From: Carpediemonas membranifera BICM
Lineage: Eukaryota > Protista > Fornicata
Direction of reading: 5' to 3'
NCBI GenBank assembly: GCA_019828565.1
Contig: JAHDYR010000040.1
Location: 1-64,000 of the forward strand
Length of the DNA: 64,000 nt
In this document: positions 33,152 to 43,936 of the stretch, one piece after another
How the letters are laid out: the number at the start of each line of letters is the position of its first letter
Numbering within the stretch: the stretch's first letter is position 1
Program-made: the position numbers and the translations under genes
The notes under the pieces: model-generated
What the model was told of the DNA's origin: nothing
Seen by the model: only the letters and a program-made list of their open reading frames with translations
Databases searched by the model: none

Positions 33152-34360
33152 TTAGCTGTCTTCATGAATGTTGTCAGCCTTAGCTAGGTTGACGGCCTTC
33201 ATTTTCTGCAGCTTCCCGGCGAGCACGCCATCCCGCCACACGCCGTTCGACAAGTTGACGAGCTTGGTCCTGATCAGCTCCACCGCCTTCGAGTCGCTGA
33301 GCCTGAACCTGTTGCCCTCTCCGAGCACGGGCCTGCTCTGCGGGACGTACTTCATAGTGGCGACGTCCATGGTGTAGAGGGGGTCCTCGGGGTCTGTGTC
33401 TTCGTCCTCTGGGGCACGACGGACGACAACATACGCCATCGTCATGTTCGTGCGGATGGTGTTGGTCGCGAAGGGCATCTCACCGCGGCCGTCCTGGAAA
33501 ATGACGACCACGTGGTCGTTTCCGATGAACCGCTTCCGCTCGATCTGCTGGGGGTTGCTCTTGCTGTAGGGGAGCATGTTTGCTACGTGGTACATCACCT
33601 TGTGGCCTCTGTGATCGATGAACACAGACTGATCGCCGGTGTATCCCTTGGCTGTGTTCAGCCCGCCAGCGTAGTCGCCCCAGCCGAGGAGGTCGACTGT
33701 ATCGCCCAGAGCACCGAGGAAACGGCCGAACTCGGGGGTGATCTCCTGGTTGCTGAACATCTCCTCCTCCGTGGTCTGGCCTGGGAGCTGAAGCAGAACG
33801 CCTACGGTGTGGTGGCGCTGCTTGTCGATCTGGATCGACTCAAAGTGCACGAGCTGGTCGATCACGGGCTGGGTATGGGGCAGACTGTGCCAGGATGTAG
33901 AGGAGAGGTCGATGTCGTTCCAGAAGTCAGAACCGACTGCGGCGCGGAGAATACTGCTGCGTGAGGCGCCGAGGCAGAAGAGCTTACGCCACCACGGGAC
34001 CATTACAGCGTCCTCAAGGGCATGGAAGAGCTCCGTGCTGTTTGCATCGCGGAGGAGAACGTTGTATTGGTACATGGGAGCGATCTCTTCGTCTGATTCG
34101 CTCGAAGAGTCGGCGGGAACGTCGGTGGGGGCTACTCCGAGAGAGATGGACGCAACCAAGGGATTGGCAATATCATCCTCGAAGTCCTCGAGGTAGGTGA
34201 TGTAGTTCTTATGGTCATCGGCAAAGTTTAGCTGATATGCACGGGAAACGGCTTCTGGGATGTCGTCTACAAGGACCTGTGCCTGGATATCTGGGATAAC
34301 GGCGTCCACGGGGGTGATATCACGCTTCCAGCCATGTTTCAACTCAATAGACGCGCTCAT
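33152..34360 (-). CDS. Rap/Ran-GAP domain protein
   Basis: GQTTEEEMFSN, FLGALGDTV.L.GW..YAGGL, MYHVANMLP, QQIERKRFIGNDHVVVIFQD. Confidence 0.93.
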   Translation of the reverse strand: MSASIELKHGWKRDITPVDAVIPDIQAQVLVDDIPEAVSRAYQLNFADDHKNYITYLEDFEDDIANPLVASISLGVAPTDVPADSSSESDEEIAPMYQYNVLLRDANSTELFHALEDAVMVPWWRKLFCLGASRSSILRAAVGSDFWNDIDLSSTSWHSLPHTQPVIDQLVHFESIQIDKQRHHTVGVLLQLPGQTTEEEMFSNQEITPEFGRFLGALGDTVDLLGWGDYAGGLNTAKGYTGDQSVFIDHRGHKVMYHVANMLPYSKSNPQQIERKRFIGNDHVVVIFQDGRGEMPFATNTIRTNMTMAYVVVRRAPEDEDTDPEDPLYTMDVATMKYVPQSRPVLGEGNRFRLSDSKAVELIRTKLVNLSNGVWRDGVLAGKLQKMKAVNLAKADNIHEDS

Positions 34361-34419
34361 TGGCGTGAAAATAGTTGTAGTGGAGCGTAAAGTGCACACG
34401 GGTTCTAGTCAGTTCTTGC

Positions 34420-34760
34420 CACACAAGCTTGTGGGGGAGAGAGTGCACCGACAGGTCGTCAATGATCAAGCTTACCCCTCGAGCCGCTTCCATCGCCTTG
34501 AGCCAGGTGAGTGGGTGCTCGTCCGCAAGGACGACCCAGTGCCCCGCCTCGCTACCGCATGCACGGCCCCTTCCGTGTTGAGGCTGTCGCCGAGCGCTAC
34601 ACGTACGAGCTGTACAACCCCGTCACCCGCACGACAGTCATATACACTATGCAGCGATCATAAAATGCACCCCTGTGAAATGATGGGTTGGCCGATGGTC
34701 GACCTGGCCATCCAGGGGTTCGCGAGCTGTACGAGACCTACATGCTTGAGGGCGGAACGA
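34420..34760 (+). mobile_element. Gypsy integrase C-terminal remnant
   Basis: LEPGEWVLVRKDDP then (shifted frame) GPFRVEAVAERYTYELYNP. Confidence 0.65.
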
Positions 34761-34975
34761 TGACGGGAAGCGCAAGCCATTTGATCTTGTCGACACCGCA
34801 TGAAACTCAACAGCATCCAGGCGAGAGTAGCCGCTTTGGAAACAAGAATGATAGGCTGATGATATTCGAGGAAAGCGTCGACAATCGGCACTACTCTTCA
34901 CGGATCCTCGGATTTATGAGAGCCCCACCGTCATGGCGAGACCACAGCCGCGCAAGTCTACGTATAAACACCAGC

Positions 34976-35713
34976 CTACTGCATCTCGTTGACATACGCT
35001 GTGATACGAGCTACTGGAATCTGTCGCACCTTGTCGGCCAGGCTCTGGATCACGGGCTTCAACCAGGGCAGTCGGTCGCCCCATGACGTCTCCAACGTCA
35101 AAGATGTTATCGGGTTGGGTGTCTTGAGCGCGGCGCTGGCCTCCATCGAGAACTCGGTTAGCCCGGAGTCCGAGAAGTCCACCGCCTTCACCTGGCCGTC
35201 ACAGTCGGTCACCTCGATGGCAAGGGCCCTCTTCTCGAGTATATTCTTGATCCGAGTGGGCAGGTCGACCATGTCATCGATCTCAAGGCGGTGCTTCACG
35301 CTGAGCTCGACCTCGGCGTCAACACTGAGGGACGAGAGGGTCACCGAGAGTGGGATGCGGGTCTGCTTGGAGAGGAGCGTCGGTGCGGTCCCCATAGCCC
35401 TGTGCATGAAGGACGAGGCTGGCGTGGCGGCAGGGGCGGCGTTGGACTTGACGAAGCCCGACACACGGCACCAAGCGTCGCCGCTGTATCTAAGGTGGAA
35501 TACCGCCTGGAGAGAGTTGAAATCTGCGGCTATAACGTCAACAATGTCTAGTTCTGGCGGCTTATGGCCCAAATGAAGCTCATCAACTCGGATTGGGCCA
35601 GCTATGACGGTAGTGTCCTTTTCAATAAACTCATTGAGCTTGGAAACTATCATTTCATCGACATTCTGAAGGATAATGTCCTCTATCGCCGCCCAGTTGA
35701 ACTGAAAGCTCAT
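34976..35713 (-). CDS. SMP-domain protein, ERMES Mdm34(Mmm2)/Mdm12-like
   Basis: MSFQFNW start; IRVDELHLGHKPPELDIVDV; FHLRYSGDA; IPLSVTLS. Confidence 0.72.
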   Translation of the reverse strand: MSFQFNWAAIEDIILQNVDEMIVSKLNEFIEKDTTVIAGPIRVDELHLGHKPPELDIVDVIAADFNSLQAVFHLRYSGDAWCRVSGFVKSNAAPAATPASSFMHRAMGTAPTLLSKQTRIPLSVTLSSLSVDAEVELSVKHRLEIDDMVDLPTRIKNILEKRALAIEVTDCDGQVKAVDFSDSGLTEFSMEASAALKTPNPITSLTLETSWGDRLPWLKPVIQSLADKVRQIPVARITAYVNEMQ

Positions 35714-35842
35714 CTCGTCGCGACAAAGTCAGCGCGGAGTCGTGACTGCGGCGGAGTCGCAGTTACCTTACCTTACAGGAAACACCCTCGAGTCACTGTT
35801 CCGCATATGCGCCGAGCGACGCATACACTTAAGCACAGCTAA

Positions 35843-36170
35843 GTGTCAGTGACCTACCTCGGTTTCATCTATGATGGTGTTTCAAGAAAGGTCACCCCCG
35901 CACGCAAACAGGGGATAGTCGACCTCCCAGTACCTCACACGCGAGCGCAAGCTCACTCAGCAATCGGCGTCTACAACTACTTACGTGACTTCATCCCTGG
36001 CTTTGCCACGATCTCGAGACCAATCAACGAGTTCATAACCAGCCAGGAGCGCCAGGCCTCGCCGGAAGTGCTGTCTGCATTTGAGCAACTGCAGAGCCGG
36101 GTAGACACGGCGCTACATGAGTACAACCCCCGCCTGGGTCCCCTGCACGTGTTCACTGACGTCAGATCGA
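35843..36170 (+). mobile_element. Gypsy RT thumb/RNase H remnant
   Basis: VTYLGFIY..IGVYNYLRDFIPGFATISRPI..HVFTD. Confidence 0.85.
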
Positions 36171-37043
36171 CCTTCCATGTTGCATCACATCTTCTTGAAG
36201 CCGCTTGACGGGGGAAATGACCAGTCTGTACGCACCCCCTGGTGTGGCTTGACTCGCCATGGACACATGCATATCAACTACACAGTGGATTGAACACGTA
36301 AAGTGCAAGATTCCCTCGGGATCGGGCTGAAAAAGCAGGCGCCGATGGCAGCATGATGTCAAAGAAAAAGAAGAAAGAAAATTTTAAGAATCCTGTATTA
36401 ATACGCCTGTGTAAAATCAGGGAATTACCAGTTTGCACCATCCGTTGTCCCCGGGAACGCCTTAGCGTGTTGACTTCCCATCTTGAGCGAGCCTGATACT
36501 ACGTTGGTGCCGTAAGTGCCAGCCGTCAGGGTCCAGTTGGTAAGGCTGGGGGGTCCCTTGTATAGGGTCGCAACATGGTGTCATGCGACTTCGAGGATAT
36601 CGAGGCTGCGATAGGTCGTGCTGTCATGCCCTCGGTTCAGGATACGGCAGTCAAGATCCTGAACCGGAGCAAGATCCCGATCGTCGACGCTACCCTACCT
36701 AACATTCTAATCAACATCTTCTCTGCGGGCCTTGAGCCCAACCAGGAGCGCTGGATGATGGAGTGGGTGGTGGAGCGTCCGACTCCCGATGCCGCGAGAC
36801 GAGCAATCACCGCCCACATGCTGACTTTCTCTGGCTGGCGAGACCTCCTCACCGCTGTTCATGAGGAGGGCCCGAGGTGCAGCGCCAATTCGACCCGGGC
36901 AAGGGACACCGGTAGCGACGTGGCAGAGGCAGAGGCTGGTGTCGGGGCGGAGCAACGCCAAGAAGAACAATCGTCGTCTGGCTTTCAGACGGAAGCAGGG
37001 TCTTTAATGTGTCCGGCGAGGGTCCAACGACTGCCCTGGCCTC

Positions 37044-37694
37044 TCACTCCGGTACATCAGCGTACTGTAGCTGCACAACAAACATCTTCTTGTCCGGGTA
37101 CCACTGCTCGTACGTCCTGCTGTCGTCCAGCTCCCAGTTCGGGACCTTGATGGCGATCGTGTCGTACGGCTGGGCGGCGAAGGCGATAAACTGCCAGTTC
37201 GAGTCCGGCACCTCGACCTTCTGTTCAAACCACGAGATGGCCCGCCATCGGGGCACAATACCGTCCAGGATCTCTGGATAGTGCACCTCGACCTTGATCG
37301 ACGGGCGATTCTGGAGGTCGCGCTGGCGGGTCACCCAATATGAAGGCTGCCCAATGGATGGGACAGTCCTCTGTGGCTTGGGGCGCACGTACAGAGGCCC
37401 GTTGTCGATTGTGTTGCCGGCCTTCATCTTTTCGAACCTCGCGATGTTGACCTTGTGCTTCCGAAGCTCTCTATGAACAGTGTAATCAGCAATGGTACTG
37501 TGAACAGACATGCAGAGCTTGCATTCGTACTGTCCGAACTGGTTCTTCGACACATACGGGTCTTTGGCCACTTCCTCCTGCAGCGCCTCCTCCATAAGTG
37601 CTTTCTTCTCTCTCTGCAGCCGAGCGTTCAGTACGGACTGTGATAGCTGCCCACCGGTACCAATACGGCTGCCAAAGTCTCGAAAGCCTTGCAT
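37044..37694 (-). CDS. SF3A2: Splicing factor 3A subunit 2 (SAP62/Prp11)
   Basis: DPYVSKNQFGQYECKLC..H; IGQPSY.VTRQRD; SWFEQKVE.PD..WQFIAFAAQPYDTIAIKVP. Confidence 0.95.
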   Translation of the reverse strand: MQGFRDFGSRIGTGGQLSQSVLNARLQREKKALMEEALQEEVAKDPYVSKNQFGQYECKLCMSVHSTIADYTVHRELRKHKVNIARFEKMKAGNTIDNGPLYVRPKPQRTVPSIGQPSYWVTRQRDLQNRPSIKVEVHYPEILDGIVPRWRAISWFEQKVEVPDSNWQFIAFAAQPYDTIAIKVPNWELDDSRTYEQWYPDKKMFVVQLQYADVPE

Positions 37695-38560
37695 CACTGC
37701 ACGTCCTGTCTGCTTGTCTTGAGAACGATACATGTGTACATGTAACACGATAAAGACAATGAGTCACCTCATGCCGCGCGGAGCACAGTTTTGCTCCGGT
37801 TTTTGAAGGTCGGGGCCGACTGGGAGGTCATGGTCTTGCCCTGTGGCCACCGAGCTCCTCGAGACCATATGTCGGGCGGACAAGGACACGCCAGCTCCGA
37901 ACCGACCCATACGCCTCGGGATGACCCCGGGAGCCAGCAAGGCAAACACGGAAGGCGAGTCCCCTTGGGACGACAGCGGCGGGAGCACCAGCAGCGAAGA
38001 GCTTCTCGGAATACACCAACCACTCCCCACACCACCACCCGCGTCACCTGTGCGCCCCTAAATCGTCACACCGCAGGCTAGCCCGCGCCCAGCGAGTCAG
38101 TCCGCTCCAGTCAGACAACTCAGCGACGTCGCTCGCCGCCTGATTCCAACTGGCACTGACCTCATTGCGAGGCTGACGCCCACAGCAACCCCACCGCGCT
38201 CGACCCGCATCTCAACAGTCAGACTGACTCGTAAGATGGCAGCCGCAGAAGGGACTACCTCGTGTATTAATCCCTGTCTTCGGTCTCAAGCGGGCATGAG
38301 TCTGAACGACAACAAGGGCGCTGCCGACCTCAAAGCAGCCAAGGCAAGAATCGCCAAGCTGACGACGATGATCAAGCAGAGGGACGCGACGATCAGGAAG
38401 CTGAGCCAACATGTAAATGCCCGTCAGTATCCTTCTTCTATTCACCCCTCCAGTACCCCCACGACTACCGAGATCACACCCACATTTACAAGTTGGACCC
38501 ACCCTGTGATCAGTTGATCTGGTTTAGGATGCGGTCCACCCTGCAAACCCCGTGGAACGG

Positions 38561-38721
38561 TGTCAGGAGAACAGGCCATTTGTAGCTCAGTGGTAAGGTG
38601 TGCCATGCTAATGGATGCAAGGTGGTCCGATATACATAAACTGCACTGTGACTCACAAAGGGCAACAGTAGCATAACTGTTGCCCTAACCACTAAGCTAT
38701 AAATGGCGTGTTCTCCTGACA
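38561..38721 (-). repeat. Putative LTR (TGTCAGG..CCTGACA) with 39-bp terminal inverted repeats, preceded on the minus strand by PPT-like GGAGGAGAAG
   Basis: 38560-38598 vs the reverse complement of 38684-38722 match at 35/39. Internal 11-bp hairpin 38659-38686. No TSD seen. Confidence 0.6.
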
Positions 38722-39581
38722 CTTCTCCTCCACGCTCCGGTCGTCTACCGGTTGCCTCTATCAGGACATATCTTCGTAGTTACCAGGTAGCAGCTCATGC
38801 CAGCCTCACTTTTTCTTTACCTTTGCGCCGATAAATCCACACCGTCACATCGTTAAGACTCCTCAGGATTCGAATTACCAGGTGTCCACAGCCTCTGATA
38901 CGGGTCAGGGCCCAGCACTCCATCCGACTACTCTTTGGTAACGACTGGGCCACCTGTCAGTAGAATATTGAGAAGCATTGACGATGAATTTATAAGTGCC
39001 AAAAGGCAGCCACAAAGAGGAATGGTGTTATTCGGAGTTCTAGAGTAAGGGAGGTACATAAGGAGGTCATTGTGAGCTGGAAATATCCGCACGGTTCAAC
39101 TCAGCGATTGTTCTCGTCTAATCACTCCTCCAGAGTTACAAACGATGTCTTTGTAAGAGAAGCGAGTCTAGCCTCAGATAGCAAGGTGTGTCTTCACATG
39201 ATGTTCAGAACCACAGGGTTTCTTCATCTTTCGGCTTATAGACAAACTGTTATTGAGCATGAGATGGTCAAATCGGTAGTTAGACCGTTATGACAATGGC
39301 TTGGAACTGTGTAATAAGATGATAGTTGCTTTCCTTCAGAAGAGATGTCAGAAGTAAGAAATTCCACACAGATTGTTATTACCTATTGTTCAGAACCACA
39401 GGATAATCATCTTAGAAAGCAGTGGACGACATACGCAAAGAATTGCTTCGAGACTGATTGCACTTGCCGGATGGAAAACCGGCTGCTACATAAAATGGTC
39501 TAAACTAATTCTGGTCCTCCAAACGACTTTACGCTGCACATAAATGCCCTAATGACCAAGCTACCCCTCCTTTGATCCTTT

Positions 39582-40715
39582 TCAACCTTCGAAGAACTCT
39601 GGCTGGCCGATGTAAATGCGCCACATGACCAGACCGAGGAGCTGGAGGACAGACATCACCGCAAAGTACCCAATGGCGATCATAATTCCGCCACCAGTAG
39701 CTTTTGTCTGGATAAGTCGGACCCCGACGACGACAACGACCGCAAGCATGCCGACCCATGCCACAGCAGTCAGGACAGTCAGCAAGGAGGCATCCGTGTC
39801 GCCAAACAGTACGCGACCCTTGCTAGGACACTCTAGGATGGCAGCGAAGAGCAGGGGCGGTGCTAGCAGGGCGAGGATGACTGGTGACTTGGACCATAGG
39901 CGGGCAGGGGGCGCCAGGCCGACAAAGGCCACGAGAATGCCGGCAAAGTGGCCAAGAAGGATCCATATCCAGGGAATAGTGGCGAGGGTGAGTGGCGCGG
40001 CTACGAAGCCGGCGGCACATGCAAGGTCAATGGCGGCATACGTAAAGATGCTGATTCCAACGATAAAGAGACCCTGGAATACACCGAGGATGCAATCAGT
40101 GGGGAAGTGGACGCCAAGCTGGATGCGGGCGATAGCTGTGAGTATGATGAAGGGGACGGAGGCGACAAAGAGTGGGAGTGAGACGACGAGCCCGAAGATG
40201 TTCAAGTTGGTGTGGAGGTACGCACAGACGCCTCCAATGCTGTACACTACGGCGCATGTGACGGCCCGAGAGGGGATTGAGGAGGTTTCGTCCTTGCGAC
40301 GACGGAATGCCCTACCCTGCATGTATGGGCGGTCACGCCAGACAAAGCGCTTGGGAATCTGGGAGACTATGGCCGTGAATGTGCTTAGGATGAGTGAGTA
40401 TAGGCCCAGGTCGTCGAGTGCCAGGGCAAATAGGATTGTCGGAATAATGCAGCCGATTTCCACGCAAGTGAGGAACGTCATCACATAATCGAACACGTGG
40501 AAGAACTTGTTGTCCGCGGATTGGGCGTAGCGGAGAAGGGCATCGTCGAACCTGCGCCATTTGTCTTCAACGGAGCGAGGGAAGTCAAAAACAAATGATG
40601 TAGGCTTCTTGCGCTTGAACTTGATGCTAACACCTTCATATGACGTATCCACCAGGCAGTATTTTGCCTCCAGAGCCTCACCGACAAGCCCCTTGCCTGG
40701 TTCAGAGACGGCCAT
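39582..40715 (-). CDS. PAP2-superfamily multi-pass lipid phosphatase-like protein
   Basis: KRFVWRDRP (motif 1), SIPSRAV (atypical motif 2), ARIQLGVHFPTD (motif 3), many TM segments. Confidence 0.85.
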   Translation of the reverse strand: MAVSEPGKGLVGEALEAKYCLVDTSYEGVSIKFKRKKPTSFVFDFPRSVEDKWRRFDDALLRYAQSADNKFFHVFDYVMTFLTCVEIGCIIPTILFALALDDLGLYSLILSTFTAIVSQIPKRFVWRDRPYMQGRAFRRRKDETSSIPSRAVTCAVVYSIGGVCAYLHTNLNIFGLVVSLPLFVASVPFIILTAIARIQLGVHFPTDCILGVFQGLFIVGISIFTYAAIDLACAAGFVAAPLTLATIPWIWILLGHFAGILVAFVGLAPPARLWSKSPVILALLAPPLLFAAILECPSKGRVLFGDTDASLLTVLTAVAWVGMLAVVVVVGVRLIQTKATGGGIMIAIGYFAVMSVLQLLGLVMWRIYIGQPEFFEG

Positions 40716-40852
40716 TCGTCATGACTCGCGACGACTTCTCGCCGACTGTAACATGCCAAAATCATGCCTTTCCGACCCGGTAAACGACCCCGTGCAAGAG
40801 ACTCACGGCTATATACCCGCTAGTTTAATTTGATCCGCGGCCAGCTGGCTCT

Positions 40853-41374
40853 TCATACAAAGTGCCGGGCCAACTTGAGCAGACCCCGTATCTTCTGGAC
40901 AACGGGGTGGGAAACAAGCTCAACTCGCCCATCCATATCAGTTGTTGCGAGAATGGAGAAAAAGACGGCGAAATGGAGCCCTAGTGCATGCCGGATGGCC
41001 TTCTCTTCGTCGGTAAACGACTCATCGCCCTCGGTTGGCTCATGGAGCTTGTTGTGTAGTACTATCCACTCCTCGATATGAGGAAAGAATGCAGTGAGGG
41101 CTCCCTTCTTCTGCTTGTCTGTCATATCCGCCATCTCATCGTTCTCATCGGAGACAACCTTATCATCGTCAGATTCGCCAAGATCTGAGTATTCAAGGAA
41201 GTCTTCAGGGTTCATAGCGTCCATCTGCTGCTGGCGGATGCGTTTAGCCTCCTGGAACTCGCCAACGTCCGAGGCATCGTCTTCTTCATCACGAACGTCG
41301 CCAACCTGATAGTAGTTGTTCACATTCTTTCCCCAATCGGTTATTTCCTCAGTCTCCGCAATAGGCTTCCGCAT
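40853..41374 (-). CDS. Sas10/Utp3-like protein, N-terminal part only
   Basis: WGKNVNNYY..D..EFQEAKRIRQQQM....EDF and HPVVQKI. Confidence 0.6.
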   Translation of the reverse strand: MRKPIAETEEITDWGKNVNNYYQVGDVRDEEDDASDVGEFQEAKRIRQQQMDAMNPEDFLEYSDLGESDDDKVVSDENDEMADMTDKQKKGALTAFFPHIEEWIVLHNKLHEPTEGDESFTDEEKAIRHALGLHFAVFFSILATTDMDGRVELVSHPVVQKIRGLLKLARHFV

Positions 41375-42115
41375 TTCCCCCTTCCTTCGGTTGGAACACC
41401 TTCCAGGCCGCGTCTATAAACCTTAAAATGCGGAGCTGAGAACAACCCCTCGGGAACTATAGTTGACCCTATGTCGCTGCGTGTAGATGTGCCCGGTGCG
41501 TCGATGATCGCGTCCCCTCTGTTGTATGCCGCCCTGATGAACTCGTTGTTGAACTCGTCCCGGGCCACACTCACGGCCTCCGGGAACTTAGCGCGCACCC
41601 TATCGCCCTCCAGGGATACTGCCGGCATGCGAGTGTCTGTGTATGCACTCCGCATCTTGTTCAAAGCCGTCTTGCGTAGGTTCTTGTCCAGGAGCGACAG
41701 GACTGTCTGCAACTTCTGCTCCTCCGTCGTGGGTGTCTCAGTCTGCCCGCCCTCGACGTTCGGCACCGTGACCATGTCACTGGCGTACCGGTTGATGCGG
41801 TAGTGGCCGTGGTCAGCATCCCTCACCGACCCCTCGATGCAAGCCGCGAGGTTGTTCACCTCCTCCAGTTCCGACTCGAATGCGACACTTGGCATGGTCC
41901 TCCCGACCCTCGCCGCCTGGCAGCCCGTCTGGAGTTTCGTGATTGTCGGAAGAAGTGGGAACTATTGTTGACCCAATGCCAACTCGAGAGACATTCGCAC
42001 GGCGAGCGCTCTCCACCGGCTTCAACGCGGCATCAATGTCCCTCTCTTGGCCAAGCGACATGCTGGCCAGTTCCATCACATTCACGTCGATGATCGCACC
42101 AGAAGGAAGCATCAT
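41341..42115 (-). CDS. Hypothetical protein; probable 34-nt intron 41929-41962 joining two ORFs
   Basis: GTTCCC..CTCCAG removal joins ORF 41813-42124 to ORF 41341-41895 in frame. Confidence 0.5.
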
Positions 42116-42157
42116 TTCACACATTTATCACACTGCAACCCATGGCGCTTCTAGCGC

Positions 42158-42283
42158 TTAGGAGGTGGGCGAGGTCATGTCCGTGTTCTTCTTCTTCGTG
42201 ACCTTGTTCTTCAGCTTGGTTGCCTTATCCTTTGTCTTGTCCTTAACGCTCTTGAGACGCTCTCCCATTGACTTCTTGACCAT
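42158..42283 (-). CDS. 41-aa lysine-rich microprotein (MVKKSMGERLKSVKDKTKDKATKLKNKVTKKKNTDMTSPTS)
   Basis: ATG in caaaATGG context, host-like AAG/GAC codon usage, below the ORF-track cut-off. Confidence 0.45.
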   Translation of the reverse strand: MVKKSMGERLKSVKDKTKDKATKLKNKVTKKKNTDMTSPTS

Positions 42284-42387
42284 TTTGCCTGCAACTTGTT
42301 GTTCTGTCTACCGCATTCGCAGACGTATTCGTGAAGATGAGCTCGTAGTCCTCAAACTGTAGGTGCAGTTTAAGGTTGTCACGCAGG

Positions 42388-43275
42388 TTAAGCAGGTAAC
42401 GTATGTGCTATTGAAGGGTCATGATCGATGCAGTGCTCTCTGTGAAGACAGACGGGGTCTCTGTTGCTGTGACGGTTTGGGTGGGTCGCGAGAAATACCG
42501 TGGCGGTCGGGTGGCTGACCGGCCCACGTACAAAAAGGGTAGCAGCAACAAGCGGGCTCAGCTCGGTCAGGATGACGCCGAAGCTACTCCTGCCCCGGAC
42601 ATTCAAGCTCTCATGGGCTTCGACCCTGGTGCTCGGTCGCTGGGCGGCTACACGATCCGCCTCGTTCTGCAGCTTCTGGGTGATGTCCATCTCGGGGATG
42701 TTGGCCTTGAGGTCGGGTGTGGCGACCCAGACCTCGAGCTCTGTGCCGACTGTGACTGTAACCGAGTCAGAGACGACGGTGGAGCCGGCAGGGACGCCGA
42801 AGTACTCGGGGTTCTGGGCGAGAAGAGGCAGGATCTGCTTGTTGGCGGCAGCGACAGAGTCGCGGAGGCGGGAGCGGCTGCCGACGAAGATCCCGTTGTG
42901 GATCAGGTAGCAGGGGACAAGGAGGGTGCCCACGATCTCGTCGGTGAGCTTGCTCTTGTTGAGGTTGTACTGGACATACCACTTGACAGTCGTGTCGACA
43001 TGCATGTCCACTTGGGCGTCGTCGAGATCGGCCAGACCGGTGAGGACGACGGAGGATCCGTCGGTCTGAAGAGTGGACTTGCCGTCGAAGACGTCGTGGA
43101 GGTCGGAGAGGAACGCATCGATGGGAACGAGCGTATCAGTGGCGTTACCGATGACATCGACGCCAACGAAGGACACAAAGCGCACAGCGGGGTTTGTTAA
43201 GAGAGTACGACGGACGGATGCTTCACCCTTGGTTGGATCTACACAGAAGAGGGACACTTGAGAAAGAATCGACAT
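42388..43275 (-). pseudogene. Anaerobic-bacterial-type glutamine synthetase, N-terminal part only
   Basis: VRFVSFVGVDVIGNATD.LVPI..FL; QTDGSSVVLTGLA; WYVQYN; GTELEVWVATP. Similarity is lost after QKLQNE (~42660). Confidence 0.7.
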
Positions 43276-43455
43276 GTTTGCTTCACTGTCACACAATGAC
43301 AAGTGATCCGTGGATTTGAAGCTGGCATGCTGGAATCCGGCGGATCTTCCATATCAACAAGATCTGAACAAAATCGACAGACTCTAACGTCTGCACCAAG
43401 TCCATGTAGCCCAAGGACACGCCCTCGGCCATATAGCACGCAGCGTTCAGCCGAT

Positions 43456-43803
43456 TCACGAATAATTACGTGTCAACATAATCGACTCGATCATGGCCCG
43501 TTGCATCTCGTAGGTCTCGGCATAGTCCTTAACATACGCCTTCTCCAGGGAATCAGCGAGAGCCACAAGATGGGCCCGGCATCGGAGGGCTTTTCGAACG
43601 GTGTCAACCGAGTCCTTGAGGCTGGTCCGCCACGCCCGCAGTACCTCCATCTGGTTCAAGGCGGCAAAAACATCCTTGTGAACCATATCGAAGAAGTCGA
43701 CCGGAGAGCGGCACACCTCCAGATACAGCTCCAGGGCCGCAATAAACATAGCCATGAGACTCGGCTTCAACTCCCGTAAGAACGCAGTTTTCGTGACTTG
43801 CAT
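43456..43803 (-). CDS. Hypothetical 115-aa helical protein
   Basis: ATG-started ORF filling an intergenic gap, with host-like codon usage. Confidence 0.5.
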   Translation of the reverse strand: MQVTKTAFLRELKPSLMAMFIAALELYLEVCRSPVDFFDMVHKDVFAALNQMEVLRAWRTSLKDSVDTVRKALRCRAHLVALADSLEKAYVKDYAETYEMQRAMIESIMLTRNYS

Positions 43804-43936
43804 GAGTCTTTACGTGTCTACATAAAGATATGCTGCAGTAGTTTGACTGTTCCCGACTAAAGGGTGGAGACAGGGCAAATCACTTCACTGACCCGGCCGA
43901 ATCAGCACTCAACCCACACCAAAAGATGGACGAGAT

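Noticed and set aside
36575-38520. Plus-strand ORFs 36575-37150 and 37843-38517 as host genes
   Set aside because: No homology recognised; they lie among TE debris or overlap SF3A2, so probably gag-like remnants. If real, they would break the single-strand run.
38575-38660. Functional tRNA gene
   Set aside because: A-box-like start only; no GTTCRA T-loop and no acceptor stem closure.
38960-39430. AT-rich stretch with a repeated TGTTCAGAACCACAGG and faint LRR-like peptides on the minus strand
   Set aside because: Too degraded (many stops) to call beyond a possible pseudogene remnant.
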